Positions 1 to 12,066 of a DNA stretch of 64,000 nt are shown one piece after another. Source of the DNA: Eledone cirrhosa. Taxonomy: Eukaryota. Where the stretch lies: positions 272,056,001-272,120,000 of the forward strand of contig OZ024742.1 in the NCBI GenBank assembly GCA_964016885.1, read 5' to 3'. The translations under genes and the position numbers were made by a program. Within the stretch, counting starts at the first letter, position 1. The number at the start of each line of letters is the position of its first letter. The notes under the pieces were generated by a model. It was not told the DNA's origin. It worked only from the letters and a program-made list of their open reading frames with translations, and searched no databases.

Positions 1-249
1 CTGTGCTTTGAGAATCAAGTTTTTTCGAAACAGAACAGCAACTCCCCCTCCACCTCCTGGCTGACAGAGAGATGCGTAGATATCAAAGTCATCTAACATG
101 GGGCTTAGCTGCTGCTTGTTGTGAATCCTGGACTCGGTGATGGCTATCACATCTATAAAATGTGACCTGAGATAATTTAAAAGCTGGTCCTGTTTACAGG
201 GCATGCCCAGGCCAAGTACATTCAAACATCCCACTTGTATAGTCACCAT
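1..249 (-). pseudogene. LINE ORF2 N-terminus, apurinic-like (APE) endonuclease
   Basis: Reverse strand from ATG 249 reads MVTIQVGCLNVLGLGMPCKQDQLLNYLRSHFIDVIAITESRI. This is the APE start motif (NV.GL...ET/ES) and parallels ORF 56214..56492 (MTSLRIGSINACGLG). Confidence 0.8.
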
Positions 250-2200
250 GTAGGTGAAGAAGACTTAGGGAGGGAAAAGGCAGGAACACTTACCATTTCG
301 TTTCCAGGAGGTCGGGTTGTTCGATCTCCATGTCCAGATTGGGGGTGTTTGGTGTGGGAGGGAATCCTTTTAGCAGGACAGGGTTAAGGGGTCGTAGCAA
401 GGGGTGCCCGCATCATGTGGAAAGATTCCTTTTCAAAGTTTCGTACTGTAGGGTTATTACCCTGATAAGTTTGAGGTTGGGGGGTGGGTTGTTGGAGGGG
501 AAACTTTTCCCTTCAGTTTGTTATGTGGAGTCCTTTCGGACAGTTTCCACCAATTCTTTGTTTCTTGTTTTTATGTATGTGTAATGTGTTTTGTTATATA
601 TGTATAATGTTTCTGTTTCTGTTTGTAGTTTTCTTTTTGTGGTTGTGGTTTGTGATTATGATGGTGTGGGTGTTCGTTTTGTTGGTGAAGTGTCTGGTTG
701 TGCTGTTGGTGTGGTTGTCATGTGTGTCGGTATGTTTATGTCAGTGTTGTGTGTGTGCGTGTTTTCAGTTGATGTTTTTGTTGTATTTTTCCGTGTATTT
801 ATTGGTTCTTGGATTTTTGGCGTTCCCCTTTATCCTCACTGGGAGATGTAGATGTTTCTGTGTCTGAGATGTTATCATTGTGGGTAGGTGGGAGGGGCAT
901 GTTGTCTTGTGGTGGAGTGTTTCGTGTGTGTTTGTCGCAGTGTTGGACAGAGGGGAAAGGGGTGGAACAGAGTCCTTCAGGGGGAATTTTTGGTGTGGTG
1001 TCTTTTGCGGTTTGTGATGGTTGGGTGAATGTTGATGGTTTGGGAGTTGTGTTTTTTGGTTTTCGGGTGTGTCTGTTGTAGTTTTGGGGTTGGCAACAAC
1101 GCCTTCATTTTTTTTCCACATCCAGCTTTGGCCAAAATGCTTTTAAATGTGTGTCTTTTACACATTTGAAACATTGTGGTCTTTTGACCTCCACTGCGAT
1201 GTGGACAACATGATTATCATCCACCGGCACTCTTTCCGGTATTTTTCAACCCTCTCCGGATTCATTTGAACCAAAAGTTCCATTGAAATCCCGTTCGAGT
1301 TGTGTCGGATTGATTTTTTTACAATCACCCAGGGTCCACCAAATGTTGATTTTCGGTGGGATCTGGGAGATCCTTATTTTATGGATTCTTCTTCCCATGT
1401 ATGTTGGAAAGAAGATGTGTTGGCTCGTTCTAATTGGAGCCACCGAATATTTATGAGCGAGAGCCTCGCTTTTAAAGAGCACCGAGATGCTCCCGCACTG
1501 CTTGGCCCTCTGGAGGTAAGCAATGTCTGGCATTGCCTCCTTTAGCGCGGTTTCCACTGTGATATTGCTTAAAGCCAAAGGTTTCTTGGTTTGTCAGCAG
1601 ACCGTCCGGAAGAAAATTGTTCTTCTTAAAGTCGCGGCCCTAATTTCCGGTGGGATTATTATTCGAAAGCCGTTACCTTCGAAAGTTATGTGTTGTGCAG
1701 TGTCCTTTGGGTGCTGCGCTTGGTTTGACAGATCTTTTCCTATAAAATCTGTCTCTTTGGAAAGGCTTTCTGCAAACGTTTTGTTTTTGGCGTGTTTCGT
1801 TGTTTTCGCTTGTCCTGGAGTTGTTGTTTCTGTTGTTCTTGTTATTGTTGTTGTCTTCGTTGTTGTTGGCGTTGTTTTCGTTCATAGCATTGTTGTTGTC
1901 GTTGCTGGTGGTGCCGGTTGTGTTGTTTTTGTTCATTGTTTCACACTTTTGGTTTTAGTTTGTTGCCATGGCAACGTCAAGTTGTTGGTCAGCAGGTGAA
2001 GAAAATCCTTCATCTGTCCGACCTTTGTCTGAGATATCTACGACTATGATAGCGGAAGAGGGAAGCTGTAATCACATCTTCCCTTTTCCTCCTTTGAATG
2101 TTGGTGAAGAAGACTTTGCTTCAGCCATTCTTTTTAAAACGTTAGTTTTTCAAAGTATTTTTCATGAACTATTTCGCCTAAAGGCGTAGAATATTTTGAG
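1..2200 (-). mobile_element. Tx1/L1-clade non-LTR retrotransposon, 5' part (frameshifted ORF1 plus start of ORF2), running off the window start
   Basis: Minus-strand ORF1 remnants start near ATG 2128 (MAEAKSSSP), with an Asn/Thr-rich tract and a degenerate knuckle (CFKCVKDTHLKAF, ~1130-1175). The layout matches the full-length element at 52.8-58.8 kb, but the sequence is a different family. Confidence 0.8.
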
Positions 2201-2866
2201 AGACTGACAGATCTAAATTTGACCTAGCAGTCCTTCTACAAATTGGTATAAAAATGAAGGCTCACAGTCAATAATTTCTATAGAAATTTAAGCATAACTT
2301 ACCCACAAGTTTCACACGCGTGTTCATCCTGAAGAATCGATAGACAAAGAGAGAGATAGGCTGTTATACAGAGATAGATAGAATTAAATTGTTAGATATT
2401 CAGAGAGAGAGAAAGAGAGTGACACCCCACACATGCATAAGTTGAAAGTTTAACAATATTGCGTTAGCTTTTATAACATCGTTTTATAGCTTTGATTTTA
2501 CAGAAAAAAAAAATTGATACAATTTTAAATTAAACTACCCTCCCGCTTTTATCCATGTACTACGTACAGACTATACAGGCGAAGCAACACTTCAGAAGCA
2601 ATGTTATGCGGTATATTGCTGTATTTCAGATGATGTCCTTTGGAGCTGAAAAAGGGCTTATTATTTCACATCATTTAAAATCGAAGTCCAATGCTACCAT
2701 TTAATCTCAGTTTACTCACCGAACCTAATAGGGAAGTTTTATGATTGTTTTTGGTATATCTCTCTCGCACACAATCACCCACACATTACGCTCTCACCTC
2801 ATACCAGACAACACATACAATACAGTCATTTTCTCTATCTTTTGTCCCTCTTCTCTTAACTGTTCT

Positions 2867-2893
2867 CCCGGGTGAAGCCGGGTACCTCAGCTA

Positions 2894-2894
<1 letters not shown>
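2867..2894 (+). mobile_element. Helitron-type 3' terminus of a non-autonomous element; 5' end not located
   Basis: Hairpin CCCGG-gtgaag-CCGGG, an 8-nt spacer, then CTAG followed by T. This is the canonical Helitron 3' signature. Confidence 0.65.
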
Positions 2895-2940
<46 letters not shown>

Positions 2941-3317
2941 CGGAATGTGAGTTACGCACATATATATTCGCATTTATACATTGATGTTTAATTTCAAGTT
3001 GTACATGTGCTATGTTTGCCTCTGGTCTTTCTTTACATTTTTTATCAAATCTATCATATCTAATGCATTCCATGTATATGTGAGCAAATATAATTTACAA
3101 ATATCACTCAAAGCGACATGCACACATGCCAAATGTAATTCACTTATTTGCATATTTAGAAAACTTTTCGCATGTATTTATAATGAAATTCGTAGGTCGA
3201 CATGTTTCATATTAACAGATATACATCTATTTCGTTTTGCATTTTCAGAATTTGCTATATTATTTTTGTCGTTGCTGATTTTTTAGGCTTTCATTTGAGC
3301 TTATTTTCTTGTTGCTG

Positions 3318-3371
3318 ATGTTGAAACTACTCCTGATAATATTATTCCCAATGAAATCAATTGTCTGGAAG
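3318..3371 (+). CDS. Candidate first coding exon, signal-peptide-like (MLKLLLIILFPMKSIVWK)
   Basis: Acceptor ttttttag at 3285-3286, ATG at 3318, donor AAG|gtatct. In frame with the next two candidate exons. No homology evidence. Confidence 0.25.
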
Positions 3372-3495
3372 GTATCTAAAATATTTCCATTTTTCATTAT
3401 TGCTTTCCCCCAAAGTAACTAAGCATCATCTGACGTTTTTAACTGAATCTGAATTTAGATTTTGTATGTATACATGTTTAAATCAATTCCTACAG

Positions 3496-3511
3496 TTCTC
3501 GCTGTCAGTCG
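3496..3511 (+). CDS. Candidate 16-nt micro-exon (FSLSV)
   Basis: ttcctacag|TTCTCGCTGTCAGTCG|gtaaga, with good acceptor and donor. Confidence 0.25.
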
Positions 3512-3989
3512 GTAAGAAACATTTCTATACGAAATAATAAGATCTGCGAAATAATAAGATTTGAAAAATGAATTCAACATTCAATCACACACAAGTATGC
3601 TCAGAATCTCGGAGAAACTCACTGAATCGAAGAGAAAAGTAGTATGAATGTTTGAGATATTCAGAAACACTCACATGTACTGTAGAAGAAGATATACTTA
3701 CTATTTCAGCATTAGAAACATTTGTTGTGTATAGAACATAGTTTGGAGTTTAAACATTTCCAAATATTCCCAATTACACAAGATAATGAGTGATTCGTTT
3801 TATGCATTCAGTAATTGTTGCGCTTCCATCAGATAAAAAAAATACACCGTTCATAAATATCTTTATAGCACAACGATAGCAACATTTACTTAAGAACAAC
3901 CCAAATTCTAACAACAGTATTTTTCATACTTTGTATGACATTGTGTTACAGACATATTATTCCGTTCACGAAATAACAGAGATAGTTAT

Positions 3990-4061
3990 TCTCTGACGAG
4001 GACACAATTATATCTGAAATGAATGAAAATAATATCACGTATAGTTCTGTATACGTAGAGA
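3990..4061 (+). ncRNA. Disrupted hammerhead-like motif
   Basis: CTGACGA at 3993, GAAA at ~4016, then ~17-20 extra nt, then stem ACGTATA/TATACGT and GTA|GAGA. Stem I is out of register. Confidence 0.35.
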
Positions 4062-4201
4062 TCGATGATAGTGTTTACAGTTGACAGCTTATTAATTTAA
4101 TTGCGAAGGCTTCTAATTAAATAATAGTAGTTATATCTAACTTTTTTGCACCATTAACCTACGAATATCCGGTGTTCTACCATACATATACAATATCTAT
4201 T

Positions 4202-4404
<203 letters not shown>

Positions 4405-4664
4405 ATAAATAGAGAGAATAACGTAGTTATACATAAATTTTATTCTACATATGCTTCAATATATAGCGGTGGTTATATTATGATATATTCCATGTATCTG
4501 TCCGTCGCTCTACCTATGTTCAGGAATGTACACATTTTTATAAGTTTCAAGAGTTATACATATGGGTTTTTTCCTATTAAACAACACCTTCATTTCCCAT
4601 AATTCTTCATCGCATTGCCTTTGTAGAAACATGTGTAAGACGAATACAAATATATTATATTAAT

Positions 4665-4925
4665 TACGGCGTCGATAAAATAAAGTACCAGTAATACACT
4701 GTGTAATTGCTGACTTTGTGACAAAAGTAGAAACAATTAATTACATTCGAAGGGCGGTGGATAGGCAGTATCGGTAGAGCGTCGGATACCCTGATATGTA
4801 GCCATTCTGAGTTCAAATCCCACCGAGGTGTAACTTTGTCTTTCATCCTTACGGGATCGAGAAAATAAAGTAACAGTAATGCACTGGGTAATTGCTGGCC
4901 TTGTGCCAAAAGTAGAAACAATTAA
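4665..4925 (+). mobile_element. tRNA-derived SINE (octopus-type, Nin/Deu-like core): a 3' half followed by a full copy starting ~4753
   Basis: A-box-like GGCAGTATCGGTAGAG, B-box GAGTTCAAATCC, core CTTTCATCCTTACGGG.TCGA.AAAATAAAGTA, tail GGCCTTGTGCCAAAAGTAGAAACAATT. More than 10 related copies occur in the window. Confidence 0.88.
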
Positions 4926-5222
4926 TTATATACGAAATGCGATGATGATTTATAGGAAAGGATGGATTTGATTAATCTGCATTATAGTATATAGATTTAA
5001 ATCCATATAAGATACGAGCATAAACCAAATAGTGAAACTTAACACATGATGCTGCACATCATTTGTTTCCGCTTGGACGAAACATACAAAAATTGTAGTG
5101 AAAGTCATACAACGATATCTTCATAATTGAAAAAAAAAAAGATAATACATTTTAAGCGATAAAATTAAGAGACACTGAATTATAATACAATTTCAAATAA
5201 TAAGAAATTGTTTGTTTACAAG

Positions 5223-5267
5223 AATTGGGTGCGAGAAGAAGGGAAGAGAAAGAGAAAATGAAGCCAG
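5223..5267 (+). CDS. Candidate 45-nt phase-1/phase-1 exon (ELGARRREEKEKMKP)
   Basis: tttgtttacaag| ... CCAG|gtaagt (consensus donor). Purine-rich, and open in the frame set by the upstream candidates. Confidence 0.3.
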
Positions 5268-6233
5268 GTAAGTGTACTTAAATATCTATGCGAAATACGA
5301 AGACATATTCGAGAAAAATGCCTAATTCAATGTATTGTATAGATGAGTTCCTATATTCATTCATACATACATACGTACATACTAACATAAATACATACAT
5401 ATAAACCTACACACATACATAGTGCAGTGGTAAATATAATTATGTAGGATCGAAGTCACTATTGCAGCATATATATAGGTTTGTTGGCATATTACAATCC
5501 TTTCAATATTGATCAGTACAGGGTAAAATTAAAATGAACGGGGCTCGACACATCCTTCACATCTAATCAGATATGCGAGTTTATCACTGCAAAGAACAAT
5601 TCCTACTGTTGACAAAAGGCTAGGGATCGATTCATATACACTTATTAGATTTAGATAGAGGAAGATAGATCGGTAAACAAATAATTATATACATCTAAAG
5701 ATAATATAAACAATAATAAATACAGAATGAAAATAAGAATGAAACATAATTTTAAAAAAACCCAAAGGGATAAATATAAACGAAGACTGAAGATAAAAGG
5801 AGAAGAATTACCACACAAATTGAAAAAAAAAAATATAGTGTAGTAATAAGTAGACAAATATAGTGTAGTAATATGGTATCATTAAAACATACAAATATAG
5901 TGGAGTAATAAGAAACATTTGGAATAGTAAAAGAAAAGTGTAAAAAATAAAATAAAAAATAATCACTGCTACACCACCTCGACAACAATAACAATAACAA
6001 CAGCAATAACAAAATAACAACGTAACAACATTTACAACAGCAACTGCGGTGGCTACTTTGAAGTCAGGTGTTTTAATGTCAGTTATGTGTCCAGAAGCTG
6101 ACAAATATTGTTGTTTTTGTGAATGTGATGGTAGACTGTGCGTCTTCGTTGATATCAATATCGACAACAGCAGTACCATAAACGACAACACAGTATCAGC
6201 CAAACTAACTATAGCTACAGCTAAAAAGGCCCA

Positions 6234-6350
<117 letters not shown>

Positions 6351-6360
6351 TATATATAGA

Positions 6361-7012
6361 CGGAAAAAGTGAAACGAAGTTTCATTTCCCACACTTAGTA
6401 CGGCAGTTACTTAAATATAAGTATCTACACGTACATACATATATCTATACAGACGTACAGTAGTATGTATATATATATTCATACATGCACACACATATAT
6501 ATGTACGTATGGATTCACCGAACATTTATTATAATGTTCGGTGTGTTTGTAAACAAACATCCCGTATTAAGCCGTAGTGTCCAGCAACCATCGTTGCTCG
6601 TTTGTTCAACAATGACAAAGGAATGTTGTACTAGTTTCAAGCTTATTAGCTGTCGTCAGCAACGTATAACTTCCTACCAGATTGGTGAACGTATATACTT
6701 AACTTATGCATAGTAACTGCTGAGTAGCCCAATGTGCATATCGAGTGGGTTAATCGGCCGGGTGCACCGAAAACGATAAACGGAAAAACTGAAACGAAAT
6801 TTCATTTCCCACACATAGTACGGCTGTTACTTAAATATAAGTATGTACACGTACATACATATATGTATACAGACGTACAGTAGTATGTATATATATATAC
6901 ATACATGCACACATATATATATATATGTACGTATTGATTCACCGAACATTTATTATAATGCTCGGTGTATTTGTAAACAAACATCCTGTATTAAGCCGTA
7001 GTGTCCAGCAAC
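6361..7012. repeat. Partial tandem duplication, 420-bp unit (~1.5 copies)
   Basis: cggaaaaa.tgaaacgaa.tttcatttcccacac starts at both 6361 and 6781. Both copies extend to gtgtccagcaac. Confidence 0.92.
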
Positions 7013-7050
7013 TATTAGTAACTCAGTATTTGTAACTCAGGCGGGTATTG

Positions 7051-7102
<52 letters not shown>

Positions 7103-7220
7103 AAAACAACCAACGCTGCCGAAGAATAAAAGGGTTGGGTAGAGTTTCTTACCCTTGTTGATAACGTGATCATTGCTGATCATTTGATGATGCTGTCCTC
7201 ACGAGAGGGTAGAAAACAAC

Positions 7221-7262
<42 letters not shown>

Positions 7263-7269
7263 TGTGTGT

Positions 7270-7328
<59 letters not shown>

Positions 7329-7519
7329 GCGTGGGTGTGTGTGTGTGTGTATGTGTGTGCGTGTGCGTGTGTGTGCTTACACTCTTTACAACTTATCCCT
7401 GTAATTGTTTGATGTGTTTATTTTATATATACTAGGAGAAAAATCACCGGAAGTGTTGACATCACACACTCTCTTTTTATATATATGGTAGTTGAAGTGG
7501 TGGTTGTGGTGGTGGCAAC

Positions 7520-7740
7520 TATATACCGGGAGTGCAACTTTGAAAAGAAGTCAATTTTAAATTATATATTATTACGAAATTTCGTTGATAAATTGTGTAA
7601 TATTAATTCATTATTTATTCAAAGTAATCCAACTTACTTTACTAACGGGATAAAAACAATAAACCGTACGCAGTCCCGTAGACCTTCCTTTATTATAGTT
7701 TAGATATGGCAATCGACTTTTAATTTTATGTAAATAAATG
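7520..7740 (+). repeat. Unclassified interspersed repeat (second copy ~44875-45110)
   Basis: Both copies share ttacgaaattt.gt.gataaatt.tgtaatatt.attcattatttattcaaagtaatccaa, and both begin atataccgg.ag. Confidence 0.75.
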
Positions 7741-7865
7741 CTCGGATTTATTACTTGTTATCGTTGAGCTTATTCCACACATGATATGGCGCATGTTATT
7801 CCACAAGTGATATGGCGCACGCTTCTGATATTCTCGGACCTGGCACCTTTAATTTAATTTTGGAA

Positions 7866-7921
<56 letters not shown>

Positions 7922-8124
7922 CTTGTAATAATATTGCCAGAATTAACAACAGAACACACTCACTGTTTTGGTAGGTTTTCGCTTCTGTATCTTTTATATC
8001 AGTTAATTTATTCGGTCCTCAATGTTTACAATTGACTGACCAACGTCAAAAATACAGATATAATATAGACACAAACACATATATATAGTCTAACAAAATT
8101 ATTTATATATATATATATATATAT

Positions 8125-8302
8125 AAACGTTATTCTGGGTTGAATCGGAGGTAACCACAGTAAGTAAGGTACTCAATACATAGCAGTGTATAACAGTTTT
8201 AATATAGATGAGATTCTACAGGACTAGAATTGTCAGGATTCCTGATGATTTCTAAAGAATGAAACAGTTCTAGTCCTGTAGAATCTCATCTATATTAAAA
8301 CT
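8125..8302. mobile_element. Solo Penelope pseudo-LTR fragment with fold-back (family C) inside (TA)n
   Basis: Perfect 35-bp inverted repeat, 8195-8229 and 8268-8302, overlapping an HHR. Flanked by (TA)n on both sides. Confidence 0.7.
8236..8286 (+). ncRNA. Type I hammerhead ribozyme, intact core
   Basis: Stem I GGATTC/GAATCT; CTGATGA at 8242; stem II TTC/GAA; GAAA at 8261; stem III CAG/CTG; cleavage triplet GTA (after 8280). Confidence 0.85.
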
Positions 8303-8381
8303 ATATATATATATATATATATAGGAACGAGTAGGACCCGACGGCTAATTATGGACTAAATGAACATTTTTATCCTGGTAT

Positions 8382-9491
8382 TTGATTACCCTTAAAGGGT
8401 ACAACCCCAGTAGTACAGATCGGGTCTGTAAACAATTAATCAGCTTCTTCCTCGACTGGGGATTTAATATAACCCTACAAACGTACCTGACCCGAGTTAA
8501 CTTCCTGGATGTTACCCTTGACCTCGATAATGATCTGTACTACCCATACAGGAAACCTAACGACAACCTGCACTACATCCACCGCCAGTCAAGCCATCCT
8601 AGGAACATCACCAATAACCTGGTTAAAAACATCTCCCTCCGCATATCTCGTTTGTCAACTAATGAGCAGATATTCGAGGAACATGCGCCTTACTACAACC
8701 AGGCCCTCAAGCGGAGTGGTTTCCGGGAGGAAATATCCTACTGTCCATCTTCCATTAGCGGAACCAGCAGGCGACACCGCCTCTCGCGCAACGTAACATG
8801 GTTAAATCCTCCCCACAATGCCGAGGTGACAACTCCTATCGGGAAAATCTTCTTTAGGCTCATTGAAAAACATTTCCCACTACAACAACGCTACCACAAC
8901 ATAATTAACAAAAATACCATCAAACTCTCCTACAGCACCACACCAAACTTTGCACAGAACATCGTCTCCTCTAACAACAAAAAACTCAACCCCCAGGGAA
9001 GAAATAACCGAAATAGCAGTGGAGAGCCGACCAGGAGGTGAAACTGCCCTGATGGATCGATTTACCCCCTCGACAACAGATGCAGAGATCGTAATGTGAT
9101 CTACCAGTGCAACGTGAGGACGGACACCTCCAACAAAGCCTATATAGGATTAACCGCATGTGACTTCAAGACCCGGCTATACCAACACAGACACACCTTC
9201 CAAAACCCGGCCCGGCGTTACGCCACTACACTTTCGGGCCACATATGGCACCTCAAGGATAACAATATTACCTATGATCTCACTTGGAGCTTACTGTCCA
9301 GAGCCAACTCTTACACGGGAGGACGCCGTTCGTGCAAGTTATGCTCTGAGGAAACTTTACAAATGCTGTTCTCGACGGACCAACTCCTAAACAAGCAAGA
9401 TGAACTCGCAAATGCATGTAAACACCGATTGCGTAGGACTTACCTCGCCCTCAAACCCCATAATGACCCGGGGGGTAGACTAGGGCTATAA
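8382..9491 (+). pseudogene. Penelope RT C-terminus plus GIY-YIG endonuclease, one in-frame stop at 9039-9041
   Basis: Motifs VNFLDVTLDL, YRKPND, SSHP, IKLSYST, VIYQCNV..AYIGLT..FKTRLYQH, CKLCSEE, CKH. Confidence 0.92.
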
Positions 9492-10662
9492 CACCCCACT
9501 TGCCGATTTTGTATCGGGTAACCCCTGCTTGCAAAGGTAGACCTAATATCTTCTATATCTTTTTATCACTTCCTCTATATTTCCTTCTTCCCCATCCCTC
9601 CCTAGTCCTTCTACCCGTCCTTTTTCTTTGTCGTCGTCCTTTTACTTTCTCGCCCACCCGAGGCATCCCCTCGGTCCTTTCTAGCCTCAGTACCACCACC
9701 CCATTCCCCTAATCTATGATAGATTTGGCCGACTCCGCTTTTTATAGCAGTTGTGTTAGACCCCGGATACTAGCCTTCTTATCCAATGGCCGCACCATTT
9801 CCGTGCTTTCTATATTTCTTAGTGGTATCTTTGCTTTAATTTCTCGTATATCAGTATTTATTTATTTATTTATTATTATTTTTTGGGGGTGGGAGTGGGG
9901 GTGGGGGATGGGAGGGGAGGGGGGGGGGGGGGCGTTCTGAATTAATTATCCGTATCAAATTTTACATATACTTCGTACGAGCATTTATGTAGTTTGCACT
10001 AGAATTTTTGTATCGTGGCGGCACCCTTAGAGATAGTATTATTATTCTTTTTCGGGATTCTGAATTATTATTTCGTATTAGTTTTTTTTTTTTTGCACCG
10101 GGTGGTTGCTGGCCTTGTGCCTGGGGTTGGAACCTTTATTTCGTACTGGTCTCGGGACTATGATTTATTATTTCGGGGTAGTTTCTTTAGTATTTTGGCC
10201 CCCTACTTGTTGTACCCGTCACCGTAAGGTATATTCGGTTGTTTACTTATACCTCTTAAAAGGGTCTCATTATAATTCCGTCCCACCTAGTAAACCTTTT
10301 TTTAGTCTAGCAGTACCAGTGAGAGACTTGATAGCTGTCCTTAGGTTATAGTAACCAGAAATTGTTTTTTTCTTTACACTTAATTGTTTTTTAACACTCC
10401 CGGTATATTTCTATATATTTACCCCATATTGTTTTACTTATTGTTTCGACCCCCCCCCCCAGTATCTTCTTTGACCTCCTGGCCCAGCCGTAGTTGGCAC
10501 GATCAACGCACGATTGGGTTTCTTCCACCCCTCTCCCTCTTTCTTCTACAGGCAGGTTCAGCTACCCCTTCCCTCCACAAATTGCTATGATAGAATTATT
10601 ATGTCTCAACAACAAACTTTTGACCAATACTTGTGACAATCAATTTTACCATATATGGAATT

Positions 10663-10758
10663 ACCCCCTGAGAAGCTCGGCTATTCAAATACCAGGATAA
10701 AAATGTTCATTTAGTCCAGAATTAGCCGTCGAAACGGCTTGAGCTCAGCCGTTGGGGT
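10663..10758 (+). ncRNA. Type I hammerhead ribozyme with long loop II (G8 mutated)
   Basis: Stem I ACCCC/GGGGT; core CTGAGAA; stem II CGGCTA/TAGCCG; GAAA at 10731; near-palindromic stem III CGGCT-tGAGCTC-AGCCG; triplet GTT (GTC in the copy at 34625). Confidence 0.8.
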
Positions 10759-10848
10759 CCTACTCGTTCTTATTACCCACTCTACTACCTAAGTATTGAG
10801 TAGTTTGGTGCGTTATGGTCTACCTGGTTCCTTACCACATTTCATTCG

Positions 10849-10910
<62 letters not shown>

Positions 10911-10914
10911 ATAT

Positions 10915-11378
10915 AAGGGTAACAAGTTATCGTTATAGGTAATCCAGTTAAAGGTTGTGACTACTCTGTATTGTAGATAGTTTTAGGGTACGGTGTTGTT
11001 TGACTCAACAGTAGATTTCCTTAGGTATCGAGTATATACGTTCTCGAGAGTTCCTATGTAAGTTAATCTTGGAGTAATAATAGTGAAAGAATGAAGAGTA
11101 ACATTGTCAACTGTACAAAATGGGTTTATTTACAGTATTAATAATTGTTTCATTGGTTAAGTTGTCTTAAAATTGCTTTCTTTCTTCCTTTCCCTTTCTT
11201 TTTCTTTCTATCTTTTTTTTCTTTTCTTTCTTTTTCTTTCTTTATTACTGATGTTGTAATTTGAATTTGCAAATGCTGTGTATAATTTTAAAAAGTTTTT
11301 CTGGTGATTTAGTTAAGCATACATCGTATTTAAAATTGAGTGACACGACTTCAAGTGATTAGCAATTTTAAGACAACT
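10915..11378 (-). mobile_element. Penelope pLTR family B with an internal inversion that splits its HHR
   Basis: 10915-11160 matches 34878-35118. There is an 18-bp inverted repeat at 11160-11177 and 11361-11378. The HHR 5' half (CTGGTGA, 11301) is on + and the 3' half (GAAACAATTATT) is on -. Confidence 0.7.
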
Positions 11379-11437
11379 CAAATATATATATATTTATATA
11401 TACTATTAGTTATACTATTTATGGTTATGTAATAAAT

Positions 11438-11484
11438 TGCTCCGAAGAATCCAAACCTCGGTTTGGAGGAAACAGCTGTAAGCA
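11438..11484 (+). ncRNA. Minimal type I hammerhead (U4->C)
   Basis: TGCT-CCGAAGA-a-TCCAAAC ctcg GTTTGGA-g-GAAA-CAGCTG(palindrome)-TA-AGCA. Confidence 0.75.
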
Positions 11485-11685
11485 CAATAATGTTTTGAAC
11501 AGTTCTTTGATTCTTATATTTCATATATTTATATATATATATTTATATATATATTAAATTCATAGGGATATATGTATATATTTAGACATAGTCACAGATA
11601 CATATATGAGTGTGGCTACCTTTCCCGGTGTGGCTCAATGAAAAATGTAATTAAGCAAATAATTATTTATCACAGCTATATTAAA

Positions 11686-12066
11686 AATTGCGAGTTTGAA
11701 GAATTATTAGATAAAATATATCCAGTCTTTCCTCACGTTAATCCCTAGAAATCAACTAGATAAAAAATCATTTAAACGGAGCTATTAATTTAAAGTATAA
11801 CTGTGAAGAAATAATAGATAAATGATATAGACTTTTAATTGATTATTTGTCTAGTTAATTTCTACGGGTTAAGAGGAAAGACTAGATAAATGTTATCTCA
11901 CTGTTCCTCGCGGGAGATAATCTATATCGTTTGTCTATTATTTCTTCATAATTACATTTAAAACTTATAGCCTCTTTTAAATGATTATTTATCTAGTTGA
12001 TTTCTACGGACTAGGGTGAGGAATGACTGGATATATTGTATCTAATAATTCTTCAAACGTGCAATG
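11686..12066. repeat. Fold-back element with ~145-bp imperfect inverted arms
   Basis: 11686-11832 (ttgc..gtttgaagaattattagata...) is the reverse complement of 11921-12066 (...tatctaataattcttcaaacgtgcaa). The spacer holds a third partial arm. Confidence 0.8.

Larger units (their letters stand above)
8323..10850 (+). mobile_element. 5'-truncated Penelope-like element (family A) with inverted 5' pLTR fragment and 3' pLTR
   Basis: RT thumb plus GIY-YIG ORF. Segment 8324-8384 is the reverse complement of 10685-10770 with stem III missing. HHR at the 3' end. Flanked by (TA)n. Confidence 0.92.

Noticed and set aside
7780-7822. 26-bp direct repeat ttattccaca..tgatatggcgca
   Set aside because: A two-copy local slippage duplication with no further structure.
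9039-9041. In-frame TGA at a conserved Cys (RR*NC) as selenocysteine recoding
   Set aside because: The neighbouring CPL is also mutated (YPL), related fragments in the window have TGC/TGT, and no SECIS is seen. A simple nonsense mutation is more likely.
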